Assembly: GCA_951406725.2 (NCBI GenBank)
Contig: OX597838.1
Location: 7,688,001 to 7,752,000, forward strand
Length of the DNA stretch: 64,000 nucleotides
Origin: Octopus vulgaris
Lineage: Eukaryota
Direction of reading: 5' to 3'
The stretch's first letter is position 1. Every line of letters begins with the position of its first letter. The translations under genes were made by a program, and so were the position numbers. The notes beneath the pieces are model-generated. The model saw nothing but the letters and a program-made list of their open reading frames with translations. It had not been told where the DNA came from and ran no database searches. Below, one piece after another: positions 27,931 to 41,507 of this stretch.

Positions 27931-28201
27931 AACAAGAAGAACAAGAAGAACAAGAAGAAGAGTCACAATTAACAACAACAAAAAGAAAAATGTCGACGAT
28001 AACGCCAGCGACACCGCCGACTGCAAGAACGCACTTTGTGTCAGCGTTCATTAAAAGACAATAGACCCTCGAAGATCAGATAAGATATTCTTCTTGTTTC
28101 GGTGTCTTTAGAGACTTGTCATATTTTACCGTCTCTCCGTATCTCTGTGTATGTGTGTGAACTTCTGTTCGTGTATTGTTGTGCGTGTGTATGCGTGTGT
28201 A

Positions 28202-28232
<31 letters not shown>

Positions 28233-28886
28233 TTGCGTTTGCCAAAATGTGTTCGGTTGTCTTTGTAAATTTATTTGCAATTATTACATGTCGTTGTTGT
28301 TGTTGCTGTTATTGTTGTTGTTGTTGTGTTTAATGAGGATGTAAACGCCGTTGTTAATGTTATCATCTGTGGCGATATAAACTTGTTTGCTTTTCTCTTG
28401 CTCGCCGTATTTTTAACGTTTTCATACATGCTCTTTTACAATTTTTGGTTTATCAGCCGTGGGGCAAAGTAGTTGCTGATTGGCTTGTCTTTTTTTTGTA
28501 GTTTGTTATTGTCGTTGCTTCTCTTTCCGTTGATCATGTCATTGTTTGTCTTATTGTTATTGTTATTCGTGTAGTTGCTTTTTCTATTGTTGTTGGTGTT
28601 GGTGTTGTTGTTGTTGCGGCTGCTGTTTTCGTTGTTCTTTTCGTTGTTGCAACTACGGATGATTATCTTTGTGGCAAACAATGCTATACATTCAGTGCTT
28701 TTTGTTGTTCTATGTCAATGATAACTTATATTTATTTGTAATGTTTTGTTTTGTGTGGCTGTTGCTTTTGTATAACCCAAGGCCAGACCTCACCAAACCG
28801 CATCGAGCATGTATGACAAGCAGTGATCCGCAGACACGTTTCATAGTATTAAAAATCATCCGTCTATAGGAATCCAAAACTGCTCA

Positions 28887-29309
28887 TACCTATTTCTTTA
28901 TTACCCACAAGGGGCTACACACAGAGAGGACAAACAAGGACAGACAAACGGATTAAGTCGATTATATCGACCCCAGTGCGTAACTGTTCCTTAATTTATC
29001 GACCCCGAAAGGATGAAATGCAGAGTCGACCCCGGCGGAATTTGAACTCAGAACGTAACGGCAGACGAAATACCTATTTCTTTACTACCCACAAGGGGCT
29101 ACATACAGAGAGGACAAACAAGGACAGACAAATGGATTAAGTCGATTATATCGACCCCAGTGCGTAACTGGTACTTAATTTATCGACCCCCGAAAGGATG
29201 AAATTCAAAGTCAACCTCGGCGGAATTTGAACTCAGAACGTAGCGGCGGACGAAATAACACTAAGTATTTTTCCCGACGTGCTAACGTTTCTGCCAGCTC
29301 ACCGCTTTC
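28887..29309 (-). mobile_element. SINE A: one head plus two tandem 184-bp bodies inside one TSD
   Basis: tacctatttc at 28887 and 29071; TSD ccaaaactgct(c/t)atacc at 28874-28890 and 29310-29326. Confidence 0.92.
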
Positions 29310-29810
29310 CCAAAACTGCTTATACCGGCAAGCACAATGTATCACGTGGATTATAGCAATATCAATCGGTGTATACAATAAAACCGACAGAAACGTCGCT
29401 ATGTATTTTGCCCAACAATCTAAGCATTCTGCCTGCTCAACGTCCTACACCGGTAGAAATTATGGAGGGCAGGTTGAGCCCGATCAGAGCACGAGAGTTG
29501 CAATTACACATCCTCAGATCTCATTGTTAATGGTGTGCAATGCTTACGAGTCCCGTTTACTATTTTAGGCTTAATGAGAGAAACAGCTCGGTGGTGTTCT
29601 TAAAATGTAGCCGTATCTTGGAGTATGTGGTTTTGGGGGTTTAGCGCTTCGTATTTATTCTTTTCTATAATAACAAGAAATGCGGAATAGTTCATTTCTT
29701 CGGTAACAATCTGCGTCTATGGCAAGACTAGGTGGTCTTTCGTACTTAGCTAATTTTGACTAGATTTTCTGTCGCCGAAGGAACATTATCATCATTATTA
29801 TATGATTATC

Positions 29811-29893
<83 letters not shown>

Positions 29894-29908
29894 CATTATT
29901 ATTATTAT

Positions 29909-31790
29909 ATGTTTGATTTTTGCTTTGTATGTGTACAAGTTGACTCCAAGTCTCACTAAGAGACCTTAAGAGACAACAATTTAGAAGTTCATGCTGGTGT
30001 TATGACTAGGCTGTCATATATATGGTTTTGCACAAAGCATTGTTCAAGAGAATGTTTAAGAAAACATAAGAAAATTATAAGTTTCTTTTAAAATTTGAGA
30101 TTACATAGACAGTAATTTACGTAGGTTATGGGCAGTTCCCATGAACACTATCTTTTGAATTTTAAGCCAGAAGACACTAATCATTGATGGGTAACGTCTT
30201 TGTCGACATCGGCACTATTAGCTCTCTTTGTGTACTGGCCATTTAGAGGCGTCTCTTGCCATTTATCTGTAATAATATCTAAGGCAGCAGTTCTAGCACT
30301 GGTTTTCATACGCTTAGCTTTTCTGTGCTTGTTTCCTGTACGTCTTACTTTTGGATTTCCCTTAGAGATTCCTTTGCTTGTTTGTTACTGAGTATGATGC
30401 TTTCTTGTTTTCATGCTTGAAGAAAGTTTTAACATCCAGTCCTCCGAGTTCTTCAGGTAGGTGTTTAGGCCAATTGGAGTAGTCTTCATTCTTAATTCCA
30501 GTTGTAAAAGTCAACAGCCACTCCCTTTTCTTGGCAGGTAAGGTCGTTCTATATCTGCCTTAGGGTGGTGCATTCTATGCATTGTCAACAACTTTCGTAT
30601 TTTTCTGTCAAGATTATATCAGTAATTGACCAGTTAATGATATTGAAACTGTAAGTTACGACTGCTATGGCTAAAGCATTGATCGCTTCGATCCTGTTTC
30701 TTGCATTCAGCTCTGTCTTGAGTATTGCCCTTACCCTGCGACAACCTGATCCTTCCCCTCATCATTGAATGTTTTATTCCATCACTTTCAAATACCCCTT
30801 GGTATTTGTAGCTCTCTGGTCAAGATTAACGTTGGTTGTTTCTGTCATATTTCCTTTGATAAAGATTGCTTTTGCACATTTATTGAGGTCAAATTGCAAC
30901 CTCATGTCATCACGGAATTGTTTAACAATTGCTAGTAAGCCCTATAGTTGATGGCCATGTTTTGCAAACAGCTTTAGATCATCCATGTAAAAGAGATAAT
31001 TTATATTTTATCGAACATTTTATAACCATACTGTACATCATCGAGGAATTTCGAGAGCGGTATTAAAGCTAGACAAAAGAGGAGTGGTCATAGAGAGTCA
31101 CCTTAGAAAGTGCACATGAAATTCTTACATCTCCACCATTAAGAGTTTCATTGTCACTGTTCAAAGTCATTGTGGTTTTCCAAGAACTCATAGAGAGAAA
31201 TTTCGCAGAGTAGGTGCTATTTTATACATTTCCAGACATTTCTTAGTCCAGCTATGTGGTAGTCTATCAAAAGCTTTTTTATAATTTAGCCAGGCTATCG
31301 ACAAGTTTTTGTGTAGTATGTGACACTCTTCCAAGATCATCTTATTGATGTGTAGATGAACTTTGTAAACATAGGATCCACGTTTACAATCTTTTTGCTC
31401 ATTAGGGAATATGCCACTTTCTATTTTAAAAACTATACGTATATTCACTCGAAACAGATGTTAGTATTTTATATATTGTTGTTAAGGCCTATAATTTTTC
31501 GGCTCGTTTGTTTCTTCATTGTTTTGAAGTAGGGATGTAACACCATTAACTAGCCAAGAGGAAATCATACCAGGTCGTTGCAAAACATTGTTGTAACGTT
31601 TATTAGCAGTTCCTGACTCTCTGGGAAGACCTTCAACCAGAGGTAAGAAATTTTATAATTTCCTGAAGACTTACATTTGCTTGACATCCTGAGAGCAGAT
31701 CTTACATCCTCTACCTTGATAGCCTCCCACTTTTGCTCTTCTAGGGAGTTTAAGTCAGTAGATATCCTGTCGGTTATTCGGTTATTTTTC
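29909..31790 (-). mobile_element. Decayed R4/Dong-like non-LTR retrotransposon (RT), 3' end abutting (TAA)n
   Basis: Minus-strand EQKDCKRGSY..LHINKMILEEC, WLNYKKAFD.LPHSW, F*GDSL*PLLFCLAL, YLFYMDDLKLFAK (YMDD 30978-30989), WQETPLNGQY, C-terminal IQKIVFMGTAHNLRKLLSM* (stop 30101); stops and frameshifts; endonuclease region deleted. Confidence 0.85.
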
Positions 31791-32463
31791 ATCGAAACTG
31801 AATTTTAGATTTTCTACCAACTTTGACGATGGAGAAAATGGCGTATCTTTTAGATATAGTCACTTAGTTGATCGGGTTAAATTTTATACGACAGTGTATC
31901 CGAATAACATAACGCGTTTCAAATTACGAAGTAAGATGAATCCGCTTAAGTTTCATCTAAAATTATGAAGTGACTTTGTTGCTATGAAGGAGGCCAATTA
32001 TTTTTCAATCTTTCATGTTTTATTTCATTTTTCATTTTTCTTTTTCTTTTTCTTTTTTTTCCCTTTTATGATAAAATAAATTTCCTTTACGTCGAATCAT
32101 AAAAGATTCAGTTTTGCTGGTTTTGAAAATGAAAGCTGTTTGTATACAAAAACTTACACGGGAAATAAAGTAACAGACGAATGTGTGTGTGTGTGTGTGT
32201 TTGTGTTTTGATGTGTGTCTGTGTGTAAGTATATAAATATATATATATGTATGTATACATATGTATATATGTATATACATATACACACATATATATGTAC
32301 ACATATATATATATATATATATATATCTCAATGTATATATATATATAAGATGTGAAATCTATTGCAATCTCTCTCTCTATATATATATATATATATTGAT
32401 ATATATATATGTATATATATACATATATATACACATATATGTACACATATATCTCTCTCTCTC

Positions 32464-32561
<98 letters not shown>

Positions 32562-32582
32562 CACACATATATATGTATTTGT

Positions 32583-32647
<65 letters not shown>

Positions 32648-32655
32648 ATGTGAAA

Positions 32656-32717
<62 letters not shown>

Positions 32718-33134
32718 CATACGTTGCAATAGATTTTACATCGAAATCAGAAATCCAACAAATGGAAACAAACAAATAAACAAACAAACAAAGCCAGATA
32801 ATCTTACCCTGAATTATTAATGAGTTACCTTAGTATGTGTCCCAAAAGCTTTAAGTGTGTTAATGTAATTTTTTTTCGACATATTTATGGAAAAGAACTT
32901 TTCAATGCTTTCGATATTAGCACAAATAAACAATTTTAGATGTAAACTGAATGTAGAGGCTGTTAAAAGTTTACAAGTAACCTCCACAATTCAGAACATT
33001 CACAGACTCAGTCGACAGAAGTTGAGACAAACCTTCCGTGATTTTGTTTAATTAATGTTTAAAATTAAATTAATATAATTAAACAATGCTATGACAATGT
33101 ACTTTAATGCTATTTTACATTTTGGTTATAATAA

Positions 33135-33285
33135 TGGGTTTCAAATTTTGGCACAATGCCAGCAATTTTGGGGAATGGTGCAAGTCGATTACATGAACCT
33201 CAGTATCCAGCTGGTGTTTGTTTTATCGACCACGGAAGGGTAACAAGTAAAGTCGACCCCGGCAGAATTTGAACTCAAAACGTAA
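33135..33285 (-). mobile_element. SINE A-related 3' portion
   Basis: ttttatcgaccacggaagg...gtcgaccccggcagaatttgaactca. Confidence 0.7.
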
Positions 33286-34267
33286 ATATCACCATAATGA
33301 CCATCATCACCACCATCACCAACACCACCAGCACTATCACTACCACCACCAGCACCACCATCATCACCATCACTACCACCACCTTCTCCATCGTTGCCAT
33401 CATCATCGTTTTCACGACGTCCTAACGATTTTGCCAAGCTCATCGTCCTCATCTTGGTTATGATAACTATTTCGAATTTTGAATTTTGGCGCAAGGTCAG
33501 CAATTTTAAAGGAAGGAAAGTGAATTCCTGCGATCTTCCAGCACCTAACAGGCAGAATATTTTGATTTAATTCCTAGAAAATAGTCCGCGATAGTTTGGC
33601 TTAAATATACACGTTTCGTTTGCAGACTTCTACCATTTTTAGACGCTCTTAGACAAGAACGGTTTTATTTTCTTTGCAAAGTTGAGCCAAATTGCAAAAA
33701 CAGCGACAACAACAGCAATATTAATACTAATAATGGGAATGAGGATAATCGGGATGATGACAATAACGACGGTGAGAAGAAGAAGAAGAAGAAGAAGAAG
33801 AACAACAACAACAACAACAACAACAAGTGTTGGTAGAGGAGGTGAGATGAAAGTGTGCTAGTTGGAGGAAGAAAGTGAAGAATAGGAGGAAAAAACAAGA
33901 GGAGGGGAGGAGTAGGAGGTACGAGAAGAAGAGATAGAAGTAGAAGGGGGGGAGCGGAGGGGTAGGAAGAAGAAGAAGAAGAAGAAGAAGAAGAAGAAGA
34001 ACAACAACAACAACAAGAATAAGAACAAGAATAAGAACAAGAAGAAGAAGAAGAACAAGAACAAGAACAAGATGAAGAAGAACAACAAGAAGAAGAATAA
34101 CAAGAAGAACAAGAACAAGAAGAAGAACAAGAACAACAACAACAACAACAAGACTCAACATGATATCGGTGTTATATTTCATGTAGAAATCACTGATCTC
34201 ATTGTTTTACTCCAAACTTTTTTCAGTAATGTTGCTTCAGTTTCTGTTGTTGTCTTTGTCAATATTT

Positions 34268-34292
34268 TTATTATTATTATTATTATTATTAA

Positions 34293-34352
<60 letters not shown>

Positions 34353-34429
34353 CATCATCATTATTATTATTATCATCATTATTATTATCATCATTATTAT
34401 TATCATCATTATTATTATTATTGTTATTA

Positions 34430-34460
<31 letters not shown>

Positions 34461-34468
34461 TATTATCA

Positions 34469-34500
<32 letters not shown>

Positions 34501-34866
34501 GTTACTATTATTATTATTATTATCATTATCATTATTATTATCATCATTATTATTATTATTGTTATTATTATTATTATCATTATTATTATTATTATTATTA
34601 TTATTGTTACTATTATTATTATTATTATCATCATTATTATTATCATCATTATTATTATTATTGTTATTATTATTATTATCATTATTATTATTATTATTAT
34701 TATTATTGTTACTATTATTATTATTATTATCATCATTATTATTATCATCATTATTATTATTATTGTTATTATTATTATTATCATTATTATTATTATTATT
34801 ATTATTATTGTTACAATTATTATTATTATTATCATTATCATTATTATTATCATTATTATTATTATT
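34268..34866. repeat. (ATT/ATC)n array with 102-105-bp higher-order periodicity
   Basis: Marker gttac at 34501, 34606, 34708 and 34810. Confidence 0.9.
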
Positions 34867-35739
34867 GATATTCTTCTTATTATCCTCGTTATTTTCCTTC
34901 AAGATGTTATTGATACCATTTCTCTTGGTGTTTTTTCTTCTAATTCAACGCGTTATTGTGCTTTTTGTTGTTGCTATTGTTGCTGTTGTTGACGCTATCT
35001 GATGAGCTTGAGTATTTTTTTTACTACAACCCAGCCCTGACCACCACCACTCGTTCTGTTTTGTCTTGTTTCTGTTTTTTTTCTGCTTGAAATTCATGTT
35101 GTTACTGCTGTTGTTGTCAGTAGATGATTATTATGGTGGCGGTGGCGATGGTGGTGGTGCTGGTGTTGGTGGTAGCGTTAATGTTGGTCATGATGACGAT
35201 GAAAATGGCGACGATGATGAAGGTGGTGGTGGTGGTGGTGGCGGTGGTGGCGGTGTTGTTGTTGCTGTTGGTGGTGGTGGTGGTGTTAATGGTGGTCATG
35301 ATGATGATGAAAATGGCGACGGTGATGATGGTGGTGGTGGCGTTGGTGTTTGTGGTTGTGGTGGTTGTGGTGGTGATGCTCGCAGTGATGATGATGGTGT
35401 TGGTGATGATATTGTGATGACGTTGCCGATGAGGATGTGGAGGCGAGTGGCTTAATGGTTAGAGCTTTCGATTCAGGATCACAATATTGTGGTTTCGATT
35501 CCTGGACCGCTACAGTCCACTCAGATGATATTTCCCTTTGCCCTTCTATTTTCTATTTAGCTTATCCTTTGCCATGCAAGATCTCTTCTTGCCATCAGTT
35601 TACCCTGTATTTTGAAGATTTAATTTTAGGTAAGACATTAGCTATTCTACTTCTTTTTCTTCATAGTTCTGTTATTATGAACTAAGACAGCTAAAGTCTT
35701 GATGCTTCTTTCATCATTTCTCTCGGTTCGCTCCGTTTT

Positions 35740-35937
35740 AATATGGCTTCAAAGAAACAAAGAGAAAACTACCATGATGATGATGATAATAAGGGTTTTA
35801 AATGTTGCCACATGGGCAGCCATTTTGGGGGAGGGGAACTTATATATAATTTATCGACCCCGAAAGTTTGAAAGGAGAAGTCGACCACAGTGAAATTTGA
35901 ACTCAGAATGTATACAACAAGAACAACAATAATAATA
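35740..35937 (-). repeat. Left arm of inverted duplication containing a deleted SINE A fragment
   Basis: Reverse complement of 36945-37244. Confidence 0.9.
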
Positions 35938-36037
35938 CCTTCCTCTTATTTTTTCAATTGTGTGCCTTGTATCTAATTTGGTTCCTGGATTCCTAGAACT
36001 TCCTATATCCGCGTTTGGTGTAGTTCTCACTCTTACT

Positions 36038-36272
36038 CTGGACCGGGCTGTGTTGTGTTCTTGAGCAAGACACTTTATTTCACATTGCTCCAGTTCACTC
36101 AATTGTAGACATGTATTGCGACATCACTGGTGCCAAGCAGTATCAGCCTTTGCCTTTGCCTTGGATAACATCAGTGGTGTGGAGAGAGAGAGCGATTTAG
36201 GGCGGGTATGCATGGGTGACTGCTGGTTTTCCGTAAACAACCTCGTCCAGACTTGTGCCTCGGAGGGTAACT
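36038..36272 (+). mobile_element. CORE-type SINE family D, headless
   Basis: gtgttcttgagcaagacactttatttcacattgctccagttcactca...cttggataacatcagtgg. Confidence 0.85.
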
Positions 36273-36329
36273 AGACAAGTAGTTTTTGGTAAGCAGGCTT
36301 TGATTGCGTATCGCCAATGGAATGGAATG

Positions 36330-36673
36330 GGAGCACTCCGTCGGTTACAGCCTGCTCGTGAAATTAACGTGTAAGTGACTGAGCACTCCAGACACGTGTA
36401 CCCTTAACGTAGTTCTTGGGGATATTCAGCGTGACACAGAGAGTGACAAGGCCGGCCCTTTGAAATACAGGTACAACAGAAACAAGAAGTAAGAGTGAGA
36501 GAAAGTTGTGGTGAAAGAGTACAGCAGGGATCACCACCATCTCTGCCGGAGCGTCGTGGAGCTTTTAGGTGTTTTCGCTCAATAAACACTCACAACGTCC
36601 GGTCTGGGAATCGAAACCGCGATCCTATGACCGCAAGTCCGCTGCCCTAACCACTGGGCCATTGCGCCTCCAC
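36330..36673 (-). mobile_element. SINE family B
   Basis: Reverse complement of 25838-26227 with a 3' deletion. Confidence 0.9.
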
Positions 36674-36944
36674 GTATCGCCAATATGAAACCTGCAATCT
36701 CTGCTTTCGGTCCTCAGCTTCTAAGCCACTGATTGGTTGTTGTCTAATTCGACATTTCAAATTCGAAGTAAATATTGTCCATGTAGATAAACTAAGCACC
36801 AGTGCAGCACTGGGTCGATATGATCGACACATCTCCTCCACCATAATGCTGCCCTTGTGTCAAAATTTGAAACCATTATCATTGTTATTATGATTTGAGG
36901 CATTGTGCTACAGTAGAAAGGATTATCACTATTATTATTAATAT

Positions 36945-37097
36945 TATTATTATTGTTGTTGTTGTTGTTGTATACATTCTGAGTTCAAATTACACTGTGG
37001 TCGACTTCTCCTTTCAAACTTTCGGGGTCGATAAATTATATATAAGTTCTCCTCCCCCAAATGGCTGCCCTTGTGGCAAAATATAAAACCCTTATTA

Positions 37098-37137
<40 letters not shown>

Positions 37138-37172
37138 CATTATTATTATTATTATTATTATCATTATTATTA

Positions 37173-37206
<34 letters not shown>

Positions 37207-37244
37207 CATCATTGTAGTTTTCTCTGTTTCTTTGAAGCCATATT
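36945..37244 (+). repeat. Right arm of inverted duplication with expanded (ATT)n
   Basis: See 35740-35937. Confidence 0.9.
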
Positions 37245-37657
37245 CAATTATTATGGCTTAGTTTTACATCGTTCGTCCTTTTTTTGCCCTTCTCTGTAAT
37301 TCTTAACTTCTGCCTCTCTTTCTACATTACTCTCTTTCTCTCTAACTCTCTTTCTCTCCCATTCCTCTCACCCTCTCTCTCTCCCTCTCTCTTCTGGTGC
37401 TATATATACGTGTTTCTCTTTCATCTCTGTTTATATAAATGCGTTTCTCTATCGGTGTCTGTGTCTTCAGGTTATTTACTACACAACTTTATTCGCTTTG
37501 TTAATCATCGTCTCTTCTCCATTTTCTTTAGCTCTACCTCTCTCCCTCCCTCCCTCTCTCTCTCTCTCTCTCTCTGTAAATCTCTAAATCTCTTATTTAA
37601 CTTTATATATATATGTATGTATGTATATATATATATATATATTTATTTATTCATATA

Positions 37658-37701
<44 letters not shown>

Positions 37702-37759
37702 TTTATATATGTATATATGTGTATGTATGTATATGTATATATTAATTCATATGTCGCTA

Positions 37760-37801
<42 letters not shown>

Positions 37802-37881
37802 CAATATACATACACATATATATTATATAATTCTATTGATATGTGTGTATAAGTGAGCTGAAACTAGGAAAATATAGATAG

Positions 37882-38025
<144 letters not shown>

Positions 38026-38399
38026 ATATATATGTGTGTGCGTGTATGTGTGTTTTTGTCTGCCTGTGTACATGTCGTTGTATGTATATTTACATATACC
38101 TCTATAGAAACGTATATGCCTCCGTATATACACATGTATGCATATATCTGTGTCTGCAGATATGATTCCGACGTTTGCTTTTAGCTGCCTGATCTATTGA
38201 ACTTCAGTGATCGAATTAAAATACAAGTAGCTACCTTATATTACGTGTCACCCTAACCGTAGCGCAGTTCTGAAACAAAATCAGCGTGACACATTGTGAC
38301 AAGACTGCTCTCGCCGATTACATTCCAGTGTACCATTCCAGCTACCACACTATATCATTTTATCCAAAGTGTATATGAGTCATAGAGCGGCTTCGAATT

Positions 38400-38585
38400 A
38401 TAACAAGTAACTCGTGTTTGACAACAGATGTTAGTGTGTATACGTCATCGTAATTTAGCGGTTCGGCGAAAGGGCGGATAGTATAAGTTCGGAGCTTAAC
38501 AAATAGCAACTACTAGGATCGATAGTTTAAGGAGGTGCCCCATCAAGGCCTCAGTAATAGGAATGAAATAAATAAGAGATAAAGG
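38400..38585 (+). mobile_element. SINE family C 3' half, degenerate
   Basis: ttagcggttcggcgaaag...aaggaggtgccccatcaaggcc. Confidence 0.6.
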
Positions 38586-38926
38586 ATAGGTAGAACATGT
38601 GTGTGCGTGCTCCAGTGTTCGCGTGGTTCTCTGTCCGCGTGAGTGTTTGTATTTCTGAATCTTATACGTGCAGGACTATGGACATTCGCAATGTATATCT
38701 AGAAGCCAACTTGTAAGGAAGGAACTAAATGGTTACTTTGTATGCATTGCTTCCTAAATACACTATACACATAGACACATATATACATACATGTATACAT
38801 ATATAAAATTGTGTGTATATATGTGTGTCTATATGTGGGCTAATATGTGAACTACATACATATATATATGCATATATATATATACATTCCTATATATATA
38901 TATATACATATCTATCTATCTATCTA

Positions 38927-38994
<68 letters not shown>

Positions 38995-39080
38995 TATATA
39001 CACGTGCACATGCATGTACAAGTGCTCGTTATAGAGAACATTAGCAGCCATTACTATGTCTTGCGAATAGGATTTGGCCT

Positions 39081-39114
<34 letters not shown>

Positions 39115-39549
39115 GATGATGACAACAACTATGATGCCACCGATTGTTATCGTAATCTTGATGGCAAAGTCGAAGAACGGTGAGTTCCATGGAAGAAGAA
39201 AAAGGAGGAAGAAGAAGAATATTAATAACAGGGTTCCGATATCAGAAGATGCTTGTCTTTGTAACGAAGGCGACGATAACGATGATGGCGATCATAATGA
39301 TGACATTCATGATGATGCCGATGATGATGATGATATTGATGATGGTGGTGATGATGAATATATGGGGATGATAACGATGATGTTGACGATAATGATGGGG
39401 GGGCGTCTGTTGGTGATAGTGATATTGTTGTGGTATTGGTGCCCTCGTTTCTGATGCTGATGTTGTGGTTGATGATACTGATGATGTTTTCGATGGCCAT
39501 GACCACGATAATGACTATGGCGATTGTGGTAGTGAGAATGGTGCCAGTC

Positions 39550-40070
39550 TTTGAGGTGGTGGTGGTAGTGGTGGTGTCGTTGGTGATGATAGTGTTGGAG
39601 TTGGTGGCAGCGGTGATAGTGCTGATGGTGGCAGGGGCTTTGTTGTTGTTGTTGTTGTTGCTGGTAGTGGTGGTGGTGTTGGTGGTAGTGGTGGCGGTGG
39701 TAGTAGTGGTGGTGTTAGTGGTGGTGCTGGTAGTGGTGGTGGTGGTAGTGGTGGTGGTGGTGGTAGTGGCGGTGGTGGTGGTGGTGGTGGCGGCGGTGGT
39801 AGTGGCGGTGGTGGTGGTGGTGTTAGTGGTGGAGGGGGGTGGTGGTAGTGGGGGGGTGTGGTGGTGGTGGTGGTATAGGTGGTGGTGGTGGTGGTGGTGG
39901 TGGTGGTGGTAGTGGTGGTGGTGGTGTTAGTGGTGGCGGTGGTGGTGGTGGTAGTGGTGGTGGTGGTGGTAGTAGTGGTGGTGGTGGTAGTGGTGGTTGC
40001 GGCGGCGGTGGTGGTGGTGGTAGTAGTGGTAGTGGTGATGGTGGTGGTGGTGGTAGTGGTGGTGGTAATA
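39550..40070. repeat. (GGT)n-rich tract
   Basis: Directly visible. Confidence 0.95.
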
Positions 40071-40807
40071 GGGGTGGGTAGTAAGAGGTGATAGTGAATA
40101 TGGTGTTCCTGCTGGCGGCGGCGATGTTAGTAATGAAGATAAAAAGCTGCCGAGATGTAGCTGACATGCCATATCAAGTCGTACGATGATGATGATGATG
40201 ATGATGATGATGAGCATGATGATTATGATCATGATGATGACGTCGATGATGCTAATGAATAAGATGTTTGTGGTGATCATGACAAAGATGACGATGATAA
40301 AGACGAAAGTTGAAAGGAAGGTGGCGTTAAGTGGGTCTGTTTGCGATGACGAAACTAGATAGGCACCGAGCAATATAAAACTGATGCTGCTGATAAACAC
40401 AAAGATTTATCTGCTGGCTGTGGAGGGTGAACAGCTTCTAATTGTCTCATTCATGTTGCTGCTGCAATTGCTGTTGTTGCGGCTTTCTGGCTGTCGTCGT
40501 TGTTGTTGTTATTGTTGTTGCTGTCCTTTTTTTTTTTTCTCTTCTTCGTCTTCCGCATTTATTGAAGTGTTTTCTAAGTTGCCAAAAGAGGTAGATAAAG
40601 ACACACAATAAAATAGATACACACACACATACACACACACACACACACACATACACACATATATATATGTGTAGACATGTACACATACATTTATATATAT
40701 GCATATATGTATATATGTATATGAATGTATATATATACACATATATATATATAGATTTATAGACGTATATATATCGGGTATATATATATATATATACACT
40801 CGATTCT

Positions 40808-40839
<32 letters not shown>

Positions 40840-41507
40840 ATACACGCACAGACGCATACATATATAAATGCATATAAATATGTTGTATATATATGTACAT
40901 ATGCATACGTGTATATATGTATGCATGTACAGTATGTATATATATAATTATATGTATGGTTGAATACATACACGCACACATATATTTGTATCTATATACA
41001 TATGTATTTATATATCTATATAGGTAAATATATATATATACATATATACATAAATATATATATATATGTATATATATATATATGAATGTAGGTATATTTA
41101 TAAATATACCTATACATATACGAATGTATGTATATATATATATATATATATATAATTATACATATGCATATATGAATGTATGCAAATATATAACGCACGC
41201 TGCAGCCGAAATCGGAGGAACAGTTGTACTAGTGTACGTTTAAACGTTAAATATCTTCGGCTTTATTCAAGCAATGATGCAAATATTCTTTCTATGCTAT
41301 TGGTGTGCGAAGGAGAAGAAAGAGAGCGACTGTATCTTCTGCTGGAGCATTCTACGGTATTTTCACGTCTCCAAAGAGATGTTTTATTTCCCGATTAATA
41401 AGTAACGATGTTATCAATTACGATTTACTAAACCAACATGAGTCTCATCATGGCCAAGACGAAACTTCGATGTGACAATCTACATTTTTTTCCGGTCTAC
41501 CAAAATG

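Noticed and set aside
35438-36045. CORE SINE split by an insertion with 8-bp TSD ctggaccg
   Set aside because: Sequence after 35509 still resembles CORE (cagtccactcag), so two separate copies explain the shared 8-mer
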